Virus record (IMG/VR): IMGVR_UViG_3300005549_000009
Coordinates: 3,083-67,082 of that record
Length of the DNA: 64,000 nt
Direction: 5' to 3' (one strand)
From: a virus
The position numbers and the translations under genes were made by a program. Below the pieces are notes generated by a model. That model ran no database searches. It was not told the DNA's origin and saw only the letters and a list, made by a program, of their open reading frames with translations. Positions 19,467-28,479 of this stretch are shown piece after piece. How positions within the stretch are numbered: the first letter of the stretch is position 1; each line of letters begins with the position of its first letter.

Positions 19467-19656
19467 AGAATCGAAGAAAGTCGGCCGCCCCACCGTCTTC
19501 CGTTGCACCAGCTGCAAGAAATGGGAACTGGAGCCAGGCCGCTGGTTGCCGGTGAACAAGAATCTGAGGACGCTGGACGGCACCAAAGTTATCGACACCT
19601 TATGCCCAAAATGCGGATTGCACCAAGAGAGCGACAGGTCTACAACGAAACCATGA
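19459..19656 (+). CDS. Small Zn-ribbon protein
   Basis: CTSC...CPKC. Confidence 0.55.
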   Translation: MTEESKKVGRPTVFRCTSCKKWELEPGRWLPVNKNLRTLDGTKVIDTLCPKCGLHQESDRSTTKP

Positions 19657-19814
19657 AACCCCCGCTCGTAACCATCCAAGGCCGCGAGGTCCGTTTCCCC
19701 CGCTGGCCCCGCTTCGATGCCTGGCTTCGGGCAAACGAGGCGACACTGTTGCTGACGCTGAGCCTGTATCTGGGCTCGCTGGTTCTGATCTGGTATCTGC
19801 TACCGAGACCTTGA
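19653..19814 (+). CDS. Small membrane protein (EVRFPxxPR + TM)
   Basis: ATGA overlap; C-terminal hydrophobic helix. Confidence 0.55.
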   Translation: MKPPLVTIQGREVRFPRWPRFDAWLRANEATLLLTLSLYLGSLVLIWYLLPRP

Positions 19815-19818
19815 ACCT

Positions 19819-20514
19819 ATGCGCAGAATCACATTCCTTTGTTTGCTGCTACTTACCGTGACTAGCCTCGCAGTAATGCCCCGGCTCCGCGTCCGGCTGC
19901 CACCACAACAGCCACGAATCAGGATCGTGCTGGGAGATGAAGGTTACCGGAACGTATTGGTGACGGATACAAACGTGGACAACAACATTTATGGGCTCGC
20001 TGGGTTAGAGCCGCATCAGTTCGATGATCAAAGCATGACGATTTTGGCGGATGGGCCGGGTGAGCGGTTGCTTAAGTTTAATGTTGTGCTCGTGAACATT
20101 GGCGCGGGCAACTTGAACTTCGCAGCTGAGTCGGTCATTCCTGATCCGGTTTACGGCGATGCGATTCCTGTGGTTCACGATTTCTTTAAATTCTCGCTCC
20201 TGGACACCAACCGAACGGAGCTACTGGCTGTTTACCGAGATGCGCGGCTCATGAATTGGGATCTTTTCGCGCTTGTTTCGTTCGCTCGTGAAAATCACAG
20301 CTGGTTTGCTCCAGGACTTTCAGCGGGCCGAGGTGTCGGTTCACCGGACAATTATACAGCAGGTAACTGGATCGATATTGCATCGGTTGGGAATGGTGAA
20401 TTTATCCTTGGCATTGAATGCGATCCTCACCGCGAGCATGGGCTGTGGGTTTACGACCGAAAGGATGTCCGAATCCGAATCGAAGCGTTTCAGGTAACCA
20501 TTCTCGACTTATGA
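19819..20514 (+). CDS. Secreted lysyl-oxidase-fold-like protein (degenerate)
   Basis: Signal peptide; RLLKF...NIGAG, GLSAG, NWIDI...G.FILGIECDP resemble LOX C-terminal domain. Confidence 0.55.
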   Translation: MRRITFLCLLLLTVTSLAVMPRLRVRLPPQQPRIRIVLGDEGYRNVLVTDTNVDNNIYGLAGLEPHQFDDQSMTILADGPGERLLKFNVVLVNIGAGNLNFAAESVIPDPVYGDAIPVVHDFFKFSLLDTNRTELLAVYRDARLMNWDLFALVSFARENHSWFAPGLSAGRGVGSPDNYTAGNWIDIASVGNGEFILGIECDPHREHGLWVYDRKDVRIRIEAFQVTILDL

Positions 20515-21035
20515 TCATTCGAATTCAAACTCGACTTGGGGTAACCATCATCGGCTTGCTTCTCCTTGTTGGATTGGGACTGGCTACGATCTGCGGCTCG
20601 CTCTACGTGGCGCGCAAAGCCTTGGCAGCCGGGCAACGCATCCAGGACGCGCACGACGCGGCTCTGAGTAACGCGGTCAGCGTCGTGGAGAAAATGGCCG
20701 CGCATCAAAACGAGGATTTGTTCATTGACACACCTGGAGCAGTCTGGACCGAGCTAACGAACGCTCCCGGCTGGTGGAAGGTCGAGATACCCGATGAGGA
20801 ATACGCTGCCGCGCTGGCTGAGCCGCAGCTGTGGGCTATCCTGGAAGCAACCGAGCTGGCCGGGCCATGGACTGATACCGGCCGCCGCGAGCCTGGCAAC
20901 GGGGCTTCGGTGCAGCAGCTGCTCCGGGATCAGGTTCGTTACGAGGGGCCGCAAGCGAGCCATGATTTTGGGCCGATGCGGTTTTACCGGCGCGTGTTGC
21001 CGAGCGAGGTTCCGCCGCCACTGGAGGAGAAATGA
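20511..21035 (+). CDS. Membrane-anchored protein with PVC-like C-terminal motif
   Basis: N-terminal TM; ILEATELAGPW...RFYRRV. Confidence 0.55.
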   Translation: MIIRIQTRLGVTIIGLLLLVGLGLATICGSLYVARKALAAGQRIQDAHDAALSNAVSVVEKMAAHQNEDLFIDTPGAVWTELTNAPGWWKVEIPDEEYAAALAEPQLWAILEATELAGPWTDTGRREPGNGASVQQLLRDQVRYEGPQASHDFGPMRFYRRVLPSEVPPPLEEK

Positions 21036-21172
21036 TCCAGATCGACCCACGCTCCTGGGAAGTGCGCTTCCCGAACCGGCCCCGGCTGGAACGGGTTGTA
21101 AACGGCTATCTGCTGCCGGGAGCACTGTTCGTTCTGTTCCTGGCGTTCTTGCTTTGGTTTTGCAGCCGGTGA
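21032..21172 (+). CDS. 46 aa membrane protein (EVRFPxxPR + TM), not in ORF track
   Basis: GGAGG RBS, ATGA overlap; MIQIDPRSWEVRFPNRPRLERVVNGYLLPGALFVLFLAFLLWFCSR. Confidence 0.6.
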   Translation: MIQIDPRSWEVRFPNRPRLERVVNGYLLPGALFVLFLAFLLWFCSR

Positions 21173-21213
21173 CGTGGATACTGATCATGAGTAAAAACTA
21201 AAAAGGAAACATT

Positions 21214-21369
21214 ATGCCTCTCATCATAATTTACTGCGTGTTGTTAGCCTTCTGGTGTTTCTGCGTGTTCGGTGCCATCACCGTAGCCGCTTGGGTGCCC
21301 TTCGCTGCCCTGGCTGGGATGCTGGTGATTCTCGGTTGGAAGATCATGGGGCCGTTGATCAAAGGATGA
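21214..21369 (+). CDS. 51 aa two-TM membrane protein, not in ORF track
   Basis: AAGGA RBS; very hydrophobic; ATGA overlap with ssb. Confidence 0.6.
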   Translation: MPLIIIYCVLLAFWCFCVFGAITVAAWVPFAALAGMLVILGWKIMGPLIKG

Positions 21370-21845
21370 ACTATAACCATGTCACTATCGCAGGCAACCT
21401 GACTCGTGATCCGGAGCTGCGCTGGACTCCCAAAGGCATGGCCATCTGCGCGGGCGGGCTGGCCATCAACCGCAAGGTGAAGACTGAAGGTGGCGAGCAA
21501 AAAGATGATGTGACGTTTGTTGACTTCACCGCGTTTGGCAAAACCGCCGAGAACATCAATCAATGGTTCTCCAAAGGGAAACCCATCTTTCTGGTGGGCC
21601 GTCTCCGCATGGAATCCTGGACTGACAAGGCCAGCGGCCAGAACCGCAGCAAGCTCTCGGTTGTCGTGGATTCCTTCCAGTTTGTTGGCGGCAAGGAGCC
21701 GGATGCGGAGCCTGGACCGGCCCCGCCGCCACCGGCAGCGCAGCCGAATCTGCCACCGAGCATGCCGCCGCCGCGAGCCATGGCTGGAGCCGCTAAGGGC
21801 GGCAAGGCGGGCGATCCGCAGAACAATGATGATCTTCCATTTTGA
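21366..21845 (+). CDS. ssb: Single-stranded DNA-binding protein
   Basis: NHVTIAGNLTRDPELR N-terminus, DDLPF tail. Confidence 0.97.
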   Translation: MNYNHVTIAGNLTRDPELRWTPKGMAICAGGLAINRKVKTEGGEQKDDVTFVDFTAFGKTAENINQWFSKGKPIFLVGRLRMESWTDKASGQNRSKLSVVVDSFQFVGGKEPDAEPGPAPPPPAAQPNLPPSMPPPRAMAGAAKGGKAGDPQNNDDLPF

Positions 21846-21870
21846 TCTGTAAAACCGAACTGAGCTGATT

Positions 21871-22572
21871 ATGAAATCATTAGAAGTAACCGCGTCTACG
21901 CCGCAGGAGATGGTCCAGAGCCAGAGCAAACTCATTGCTTGGTGCGGGGCCAAGATCACATCGCTCGCAGAAGAGAAAGCCAAGATTGAATCGGATCTTG
22001 AGCACGCGAGGAAACACAAGTGGAAGATCGAACCGTTTCAACGAATGGCGCGCAGACTTCAGAAATCAATGGAGTTTTACGGCAAGATGCGCAGCGCGCT
22101 GGAACACGGGCTCTGTATCGTCCCGAACTTTCCTTGCGACGTGTTCGCGGTTCGGGTTGCTGGCAGGCCAAAGGGCAAAGCGACAGTAGGTGGCCGGTTT
22201 GAACATGCAGGTCAATCATTGCCGGAAGGTGAAGGCGATTGGGTCAATCCATTTCCTTTTACAGGGGAGACAACGATAGTGGAGAAAAATCGCGATGGAA
22301 CGACCAACACCGTCGAAGCGACTTACCCGCATTCGTGGGACACTGAGATTGATTTCCCGGTTGAAATGGCTCGACCCCACATCATGGATCTGACTACCGC
22401 AGCGATGCAGAACAAGTTCTTTGATGAGCTAGGATTCTCTCCAGAACGCAATCGATTGTCTAGAGGTGATCCGATGATTCTGGGCCGCATTTTGATGCCG
22501 AAGGCTGGCTGGTCTGCGCGCAAGGCAATCTCGTTTTTAATCGCGTGGCACATTGATACGCGAGAGCTTTGA
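21871..22572 (+). CDS. Hypothetical protein
   Basis: 233 aa ORF after CCGAAC leader motif. Confidence 0.65.
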   Translation: MKSLEVTASTPQEMVQSQSKLIAWCGAKITSLAEEKAKIESDLEHARKHKWKIEPFQRMARRLQKSMEFYGKMRSALEHGLCIVPNFPCDVFAVRVAGRPKGKATVGGRFEHAGQSLPEGEGDWVNPFPFTGETTIVEKNRDGTTNTVEATYPHSWDTEIDFPVEMARPHIMDLTTAAMQNKFFDELGFSPERNRLSRGDPMILGRILMPKAGWSARKAISFLIAWHIDTREL

Positions 22573-22817
22573 TGCCCGAAGAAGCAATCAAATACGACGG
22601 CAGCTATCAATCATTCAAAGACATGATTGCCGATGCCCCCATTACTTGGCTTCCTGGATTGCTCTCGCACATGATCGAAACAGCGCAGACCAAAAACGTC
22701 TTTGTCGAGGGCGGTCTTGAGAAATTTACGGCCGATGTTCTTCGGCGCTGGAATGAAAAACAAAATCTCGATATCAAGATTCATAACTCGGGCCAGACCC
22801 GCAAAGAAAGCGAATGA
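22572..22817 (+). CDS. Hypothetical protein
   Basis: Coupled start/stop on both sides. Confidence 0.55.
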   Translation: MPEEAIKYDGSYQSFKDMIADAPITWLPGLLSHMIETAQTKNVFVEGGLEKFTADVLRRWNEKQNLDIKIHNSGQTRKESE

Positions 22818-23992
22818 AGATGCACCTGCTTCCGATCCTGTTAGCTGCCGCTACTGTTTCCCTCGCCTGGGACCCCAACCCAGAAACCGTTACTGGCTAC
22901 GAACTGCGCCAAGGCAAAGCTCCCGGCCTCTATGACACAACCAATCAACTCGGCAATGTAACAACAGCGACGGTCGATGGCTTGGAAGCAAGTCAGACCT
23001 ATTACTTTGTCGTGGCTGCTCAGAACGAGGCGGGTGTTGGCCAGCCGAGCGCCGAGATTACCTATACAGTTTCTGGCCCCGCTACACTGCCGATTCACCG
23101 GTTGCAACTGTGGCTGCGCGGGGACGCGGGCATCGAGTTGGCTGGGGAAGGCATTACGCGCTGGCGGGATCAAAGCGGCAACGCCCGAGACGCTGGGCAG
23201 GGGACCGGGTTCATGATGCCCAGGCGCGGGACAAATACCGCAGCGACTGTTTTCTTTGATGGGATCAATGATTTCATGGCCTTGCCCCTGCCGATTCTGA
23301 ACGCCACTGGGCTCACGGTCATCGCAGTCAGTGCCAATTCGATTTACCAAGGGCCGGGCAACGCTGGGCCGGAGCGAGCGGTTATTTACTGGCCATCGAC
23401 CACCAGCCAGCCAGGAGCGAGCTTGGCGGTCTTCCAGAACTTCATCAGCTTCGGGTTCGGGGACGGGTTCCAGATGACTTCGGCGCGGCCGGAGCCAATC
23501 GGACCCGTGCTGACCATGACCACAGCCATCAAGGATGGCCGCGTGGACCGGCTTTACATCGACGGGAAGCTTGTGCGCGTGGAAGGCAGCCGGTCGCCTA
23601 TGGTGGTAGCCGTTTCCGATGTTGCGACGTTGGGCCGTGGTTACGGCAATAATACGTTCTGGTCCGGGCAACTGGCTGAGCTGCTTGTTTATGATCGGGT
23701 CCTGGAAGAAGCAGAGCGGGCCGTCGTCGAGGGTTACCTGCGCAACCGGTATCTGACTGGCGCGGCCACGGCAGATGCGCCGACCTGGACACAGGCGCGG
23801 AGCCTGAGCCTGGAGACGGCAACGGCTGGCGGAGCCATCTGGTATGCGCTTGGCGGCGAGGAGCCGACGAATGGGCCGCCGAGCCAGTTGTATGCGATAC
23901 CGTTTCAGGTTGAGCGAGGCGAGATGGTCAAGGCGCAGACTTTCAAGGACGGGATTAGTGCGAGCCGCGTGACGGTTATCGTGGTTCCATGA
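22814..23992 (+). CDS. Secreted FN3 + LamG + FN3-associated domain protein
   Basis: LAWDPNPE...YYFVVAAQN (FN3); LWLRGDAG...WRDQSGN...LAELLVYDR (LamG); IWYAL.GEEP. Confidence 0.8.
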   Translation: MKMHLLPILLAAATVSLAWDPNPETVTGYELRQGKAPGLYDTTNQLGNVTTATVDGLEASQTYYFVVAAQNEAGVGQPSAEITYTVSGPATLPIHRLQLWLRGDAGIELAGEGITRWRDQSGNARDAGQGTGFMMPRRGTNTAATVFFDGINDFMALPLPILNATGLTVIAVSANSIYQGPGNAGPERAVIYWPSTTSQPGASLAVFQNFISFGFGDGFQMTSARPEPIGPVLTMTTAIKDGRVDRLYIDGKLVRVEGSRSPMVVAVSDVATLGRGYGNNTFWSGQLAELLVYDRVLEEAERAVVEGYLRNRYLTGAATADAPTWTQARSLSLETATAGGAIWYALGGEEPTNGPPSQLYAIPFQVERGEMVKAQTFKDGISASRVTVIVVP

Positions 23993-23999
23993 TTCTGCC

Positions 24000-24026
24000 T
24001 TACTTTTTCTCGTAGTTGGCCGATAT
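24000..24026 (+). promoter_or_regulatory. sigma-28-like promoter (variant -35)
   Basis: TTAC-N15-GCCGATAT; ATG 24034 is 7 nt downstream. Confidence 0.55.
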
Positions 24027-24033
24027 ACTTCAA

Positions 24034-24522
24034 ATGTTGAACCCGCCGCCAAAATTTAGGAAACCCAGGAAGCCGATTCGCCGTCGCACGCCATTAAAGC
24101 GTAGCAGGAAACCGATTCGGAACAGGTCCCGGACTTATGAGAGGCTCATGGCCTATTACCGGTTGCAGGTGCGAATCTGGATCTATGGGAAGCACTGCAT
24201 CCGTTGCCCGCAAGCTCCGCACCCTGTCAAAGCAACCTGCAACCATCATGTGCGTGGCCGAGTCGGGACGTTGCTACTCGATAAACGATTCTGGGCGCCT
24301 TTGTGCCGGACGTGTCATCAGTGGGTGCATTGTAATATTGCCTTGGCGCGGGAAGCCAGGCTGATAGCTTTGCCAGGCGATTGGGGCCGTGCTCCTGATG
24401 ACTTCCAGACGGCCGAGATTCGGGAAGTGATGCGCAGGCTTAAAGCGGAAATCGGAAGGGCCAGTCAGGACCGTATTGAAGTTTTACGTGCCTGCCCAGC
24501 TTATCAGAAAAGTTTGGTTTAA
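24034..24522 (+). CDS. HNH endonuclease-like protein
   Basis: CIRC...HHVRGR...LCRTCHQWVH. Confidence 0.7.
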   Translation: MLNPPPKFRKPRKPIRRRTPLKRSRKPIRNRSRTYERLMAYYRLQVRIWIYGKHCIRCPQAPHPVKATCNHHVRGRVGTLLLDKRFWAPLCRTCHQWVHCNIALAREARLIALPGDWGRAPDDFQTAEIREVMRRLKAEIGRASQDRIEVLRACPAYQKSLV

Positions 24523-24524
24523 TC

Positions 24525-24797
24525 ATGAGCCCCGTTAATTTTCCAGAGGCAAATACGCATTTTGGCCCGCCGCCCGGTTATACAGTCGAGCAAGTGCAGA
24601 TTGTTCCTGCGTTTGTAGGAAAGATTCTGATGGGGTCTTTGGATGGGGCTGAGGCAATAGTTGTTGCTTGGAAACCGGATGCTCAGGATTTGAAAGCTAT
24701 TGTCCAAGGTTCACCAGTTTTCTTGATTTGCGTTGGTGGTTTGCCTGCGCACGCGCTGGCAACGGAAGGGCAGTTTCGAATGTCCGGAGGCGGCTAA
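24525..24797 (+). CDS. Hypothetical phage protein
   Basis: 90 aa ORF in operon. Confidence 0.65.
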   Translation: MSPVNFPEANTHFGPPPGYTVEQVQIVPAFVGKILMGSLDGAEAIVVAWKPDAQDLKAIVQGSPVFLICVGGLPAHALATEGQFRMSGGG

Positions 24798-24816
24798 GAA
24801 AGGTTCGAAACCACCT

Positions 24817-24843
24817 TTACTTTTTGACTTGGGTGGCCGATAT
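24817..24843 (+). promoter_or_regulatory. sigma-28-like promoter (variant -35)
   Basis: TTAC-N15-GCCGATAT; nearly the same as the 24000 site. Confidence 0.55.
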
Positions 24844-24883
24844 AGTTCTTGAAAGTCCGAACTGATTACAAGGGAAAGTTTTT

Positions 24884-25630
24884 ATGGTTATGAGCAACAC
24901 CAGCAGCAGCGCAGAGAGTCTATGGCATTCGGCATTGGTAGCAATGGGTAAGGTCATGGTTACCGTTAGGAGCGATGTCCGAGCTTCCAAGTATCCTGAC
25001 ACCAAACGTTCTCCGCTATTTCGCGGCAACCCAGAAAAGCCGCCTGTGGTTTACCTGGAGATCGACGGCAAGGAACGGCTTTACAAGATCGAGAATGACC
25101 GATGCGCGGAGTTCTTCAGCAACCAACGGAACCGGATCATGATCATCCAAGCGAGTGGGGACCGGGACAAGGCCGCCATCGAGTTTATCCAGGACGTTGC
25201 CGCACCGGTCCAGCAGCAGCCCAATAACGGCCACGCTACCGCGCCGCAGAACACAGCACAGCACAGCACAGCACAGCACAGTGCGCCCACAGCGGCCACC
25301 AACCCGCCGCCGCGTCCCCAGGAGACTCCGCAACCAGAGCCCGTGAACCCGAGGCAGGCGGCCAATGTGCCGTTAGCTGAAGGACTCAAGGAGCCGGTCA
25401 TGCCGCCGCCGAGGCAGCCGAATCCTGCGGAGACCGATGCCATCGCCAACCAGCACGCGCACCTGATGCTTGTAGCCTTGGAAAAGAGCCGCGTGATTCA
25501 ACGGGTCTGGCACCGGAAGACAACGGAGACGCTCCGGGAAGAGGAGTTGCAGGGGATGAAAACCAGCTTGTATTTGGATCTGGTGCGACGCGGCCAGACT
25601 CAGAACATGCCGACCACGGAGCCGCAATGA
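24884..25630 (+). CDS. Hypothetical two-domain protein with Pro/Gln linker
   Basis: 248 aa; linker contains a pentamer repeat. Confidence 0.65.
   Translation: MVMSNTSSSAESLWHSALVAMGKVMVTVRSDVRASKYPDTKRSPLFRGNPEKPPVVYLEIDGKERLYKIENDRCAEFFSNQRNRIMIIQASGDRDKAAIEFIQDVAAPVQQQPNNGHATAPQNTAQHSTAQHSAPTAATNPPPRPQETPQPEPVNPRQAANVPLAEGLKEPVMPPPRQPNPAETDAIANQHAHLMLVALEKSRVIQRVWHRKTTETLREEELQGMKTSLYLDLVRRGQTQNMPTTEPQ
25252..25281. repeat. (CACAG)6 tandem repeat
   Basis: Six perfect copies, 30 bp, frame preserved. Confidence 0.95.
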
Positions 25631-25812
25631 AGTCTGCACAATATTGGTTTCTCGATATGAAGTCGCGCCCGTGTGTTACCGAGAACGATCTTTTAGTCAT
25701 TATCAAAGAAATTCAAGACGACGCATGCGCTGACTTGCGCGATGAGCTGAAGCAGCTGCAAAAGGAGCATCAAGCCGAGCTGCGGGATGCCGTGGCGGAA
25801 GCGCGCTGGTAA
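25627..25812 (+). CDS. Hypothetical protein
   Basis: ATGA overlap, 61 aa. Confidence 0.55.
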   Translation: MKSAQYWFLDMKSRPCVTENDLLVIIKEIQDDACADLRDELKQLQKEHQAELRDAVAEARW

Positions 25813-25826
25813 GCCAAAGAGGAATC

Positions 25827-26066
25827 ATGATCCCCACCGCTTCCCTCCTCCGCGCCGCTGGCCTCCAAGTGACCACCGGCTACCCTCCGCCCGGCCACCC
25901 GAAGCTGTTTGTGCGGTATCCTAGAGCCAGTCACTGGCGGCAGCGGCTGGTCTGGCAGGAGCTGACTCCGGATATGTGGGAGCGGATGCAGGCGGCCGGG
26001 ATCGTGAGCGGGTTTCTGGAGGGGAGCGGGGAAAGGCCGTCTTTTGAACCGCTGGTAAAGTCCTGA
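25827..26066 (+). CDS. Hypothetical protein
   Basis: AGAGGA RBS, 79 aa. Confidence 0.55.
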   Translation: MIPTASLLRAAGLQVTTGYPPPGHPKLFVRYPRASHWRQRLVWQELTPDMWERMQAAGIVSGFLEGSGERPSFEPLVKS

Positions 26067-26083
26067 GCCGAGTCTGCCGATAG
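26056..26083 (+). promoter_or_regulatory. sigma-28-like promoter
   Basis: TAAA-N16-GCCGATAG. Confidence 0.65.
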
Positions 26084-26106
26084 AGAAGATCCGAACTGAG
26101 CTGATT

Positions 26107-26949
26107 ATGAGAATCAAAACCGTGGCCGCCACCGGCCTAAAACTTCCGCACTTCAAACACGACTTGGACGCCGTAACAGTTTTCGTCGGCAAGTCCGAAG
26201 CAGGCAAAAGTTGCGTCATGGATGCCATTGCCGTTGCGTTGCTCGGCCGTCACCCGACTCTCAAAGGCCACGGCAACCAAGGGACGTTCAAGCTAGCGCG
26301 AGGCTCCAAAATGACTTGCGGCGTTCAATTGGATGACGGCCGCGAATTGATGCGATCCTTCACGAGCGACGGCGAAAAGATTGAAGCCTTGGATTCACCC
26401 GACTGTGAAAACTTCCAGATGCCGGAAATGTTGTTCAACTTGGGCAAATATTTCGCGATGACGGAAGCCGAGCGACTGAACCTGATTTTCAGTCTATGCG
26501 CCATCGACGCGAACGAAGGCCACGAAAAGATTCTGGCATCACTCCGTAGCATGCTCTTGGAAACGAGCACAGAGTATCACGAGGAAGCCATCAAGGCGGT
26601 TGTCGATGAGGCAACAGTGGCGTGGGACCAAGCCCAAGCGGAGCAGGCATCGCTTCAAGATTGGATTGCGCTCCTGCTTAAAGAGCTGGGGGAGCAACTG
26701 AAAGCGGCTCGCGCATCGATCAAAGATTTCGGCGGCCTCGTTACCGCCGAAGCCCAGTTACGGGCGGCCCGTGGCGCTGGCTTGGTGGAGAATGTGGAAA
26801 CCGAGCTGGCCGCCCACCGGGAAGCTTTGGCGGCTTTAGAGTTGGAACTGCAACGGGCCGAGGACGGGCGACAGGTGCGAGCCACGGCGGAAGCGAAGCT
26901 AGCAGCGGTGCGGGGGATGTTGGAGCGGGCGTTGCCGAAGGTTTCCTGA
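26107..26949 (+). CDS. SbcC/Rad50-like ATPase, N-terminal half
   Basis: MRIKTV...GKSEAGKS (Walker A)...DAIAVAL then coiled coil; no Walker B. Confidence 0.85.
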   Translation: MRIKTVAATGLKLPHFKHDLDAVTVFVGKSEAGKSCVMDAIAVALLGRHPTLKGHGNQGTFKLARGSKMTCGVQLDDGRELMRSFTSDGEKIEALDSPDCENFQMPEMLFNLGKYFAMTEAERLNLIFSLCAIDANEGHEKILASLRSMLLETSTEYHEEAIKAVVDEATVAWDQAQAEQASLQDWIALLLKELGEQLKAARASIKDFGGLVTAEAQLRAARGAGLVENVETELAAHREALAALELELQRAEDGRQVRATAEAKLAAVRGMLERALPKVS

Positions 26950-26961
26950 ACGGAGGTTTCT

Positions 26962-27165
26962 ATGGATGAATTGGAACGACAAAAAAGCATCGCGGCCATC
27001 GCTGAGGCTGCTGACACGACGGTTGAAATAATTGAGCAAGCCATTCAGGAGCAATGTCAGGAAATGGGAATGGACTTCGATGAACTGGTTTTGACTCATT
27101 TGAATTTTGTCAAAACGAGCCCGCCTGGATTCATGGCTCAACTCAAAGCTCTATACCGCCGATAA
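26962..27165 (+). CDS. Small protein between the SbcC halves
   Basis: GGAGG RBS; same reading frame as both halves. Confidence 0.55.
   Translation: MDELERQKSIAAIAEAADTTVEIIEQAIQEQCQEMGMDFDELVLTHLNFVKTSPPGFMAQLKALYRR
27138..27165 (+). promoter_or_regulatory. sigma-28-like promoter
   Basis: TCAA-N16-GCCGATAA. Confidence 0.5.
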
Positions 27166-27174
27166 AAGGAAAGC

Positions 27175-28479
27175 ATGTCTACCTACGAAACCGAGATTAA
27201 GCAGCTGCGCGCTGAACTAGCCACCGCTCAGCAACAGTTCGACGCCGTTACCAAGACATTGGCCGCCCGCACAACTGACCTGGCTTTGCTCCGAGAATCG
27301 ATCCGCACGGGCGAACTGGAAGCGCACCGGCTGGCTGGCGCAATTAAAGCAGTTGTGGAAAAGGTCGAAGAGGTTGAGCACATGAACCGTTGCCCAACTT
27401 GCCAAACGAAAGCAGATGGCTGGCAAGAACCGTGGCTCAAGAAACTCTCAGACGAACAGATACTCGCCGAAGCCGCCGCCCTCAAAGTCGCCCAAACCAT
27501 CAAAGACTCGCGCGAATCCGAGGCCATGCTCCTCAAAACGATCCAGAACGAAGAGCTGCGGCTGGCCACATTCCGGAAGACGCTCAATGACCTGGCCGAT
27601 CAAATCGAAGTCAAACAGTTGCTCAACCAAAAGGCCGCCGCCGCCGAACTGGAAGCGCAGAAGCAAAAGACGGCCGCCGAAGCCGCCAAAGTGGAACAGG
27701 CTCGGCTCGCTGCCGAACGGCAAGCCGCCGAAACCAAAGCCGCCACCGAACGCGCCGAAGCCGAGTCCAAAGCCAAGGCCGCCCGCGCAGCCCTGGAAGG
27801 CCAGGAGCGAGCGTTGCTCGATTCACTGCCTGCGGCGCTCAGCAATGAGGCAATGGACGCTTTACAGGCCAAGGTGCTCACGGCGCGGGGCTACCTGACG
27901 CAGCTGGAGACCAAACAAAAGAACTGGCTCAAGGTCAAAGCCGCCGAAGCGACCGTAGCCGCCGCCCAGAAGGAGCGCGGGAAGCTGGAAGCCAAGAAGC
28001 TGGTCCTGGATCTGGCGGTCGCAGCGGTGCAGGGGCACCAGGAGCGGTTAGTGGGGGTGGCGGTGGGGGAACTGATGGAAGGCGCGAATATGTTCCTTCG
28101 TGGGATTCTCCCAGGCGAGCTGGAGTATCGGGCAGACCTTGGAGACTTTGGTTACTGGGCTGATGGTGTCCAAGGCTTTCGGGAGGGCTGGGTTAGTCAC
28201 GCTACTTTCTCGGGTACGAGACGTGCCTTGGCATATGTAGGCTTGAGCGTGGCTCTGGCCGCTCAGTCACCGATCCGGCTCGTTCTCCTAGATGAGTTGG
28301 GTGTGATGGACCCCGTGACTCGGGCAACCGTGGTGCAGCGGCTCTGTGAGCTGGTAGCGGCGGGCAAAATTGATCAAGCGATTCTCTGCGATTCGAATAA
28401 AGAAATGTGGCTGGAGCCGGTCAAGGTGCAGGGGCTGCCGCCGTATGTGGGGCTCAAGGTGATTGAGGTGGCGTCGTGA
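27175..28479 (+). CDS. SbcC/Rad50-like ATPase, C-terminal half
   Basis: CPTC zinc hook, coiled coil, FSGT signature, VLLDELGVMD Walker B/D-loop. Confidence 0.85.
   Translation: MSTYETEIKQLRAELATAQQQFDAVTKTLAARTTDLALLRESIRTGELEAHRLAGAIKAVVEKVEEVEHMNRCPTCQTKADGWQEPWLKKLSDEQILAEAAALKVAQTIKDSRESEAMLLKTIQNEELRLATFRKTLNDLADQIEVKQLLNQKAAAAELEAQKQKTAAEAAKVEQARLAAERQAAETKAATERAEAESKAKAARAALEGQERALLDSLPAALSNEAMDALQAKVLTARGYLTQLETKQKNWLKVKAAEATVAAAQKERGKLEAKKLVLDLAVAAVQGHQERLVGVAVGELMEGANMFLRGILPGELEYRADLGDFGYWADGVQGFREGWVSHATFSGTRRALAYVGLSVALAAQSPIRLVLLDELGVMDPVTRATVVQRLCELVAAGKIDQAILCDSNKEMWLEPVKVQGLPPYVGLKVIEVAS

Noticed and set aside
26947-27165. Genome-wide stop-codon reassignment as explanation for the split ATPase
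   Set aside because: TGA, TAA and TAG all end conserved genes normally, and no suppressor tRNA is present
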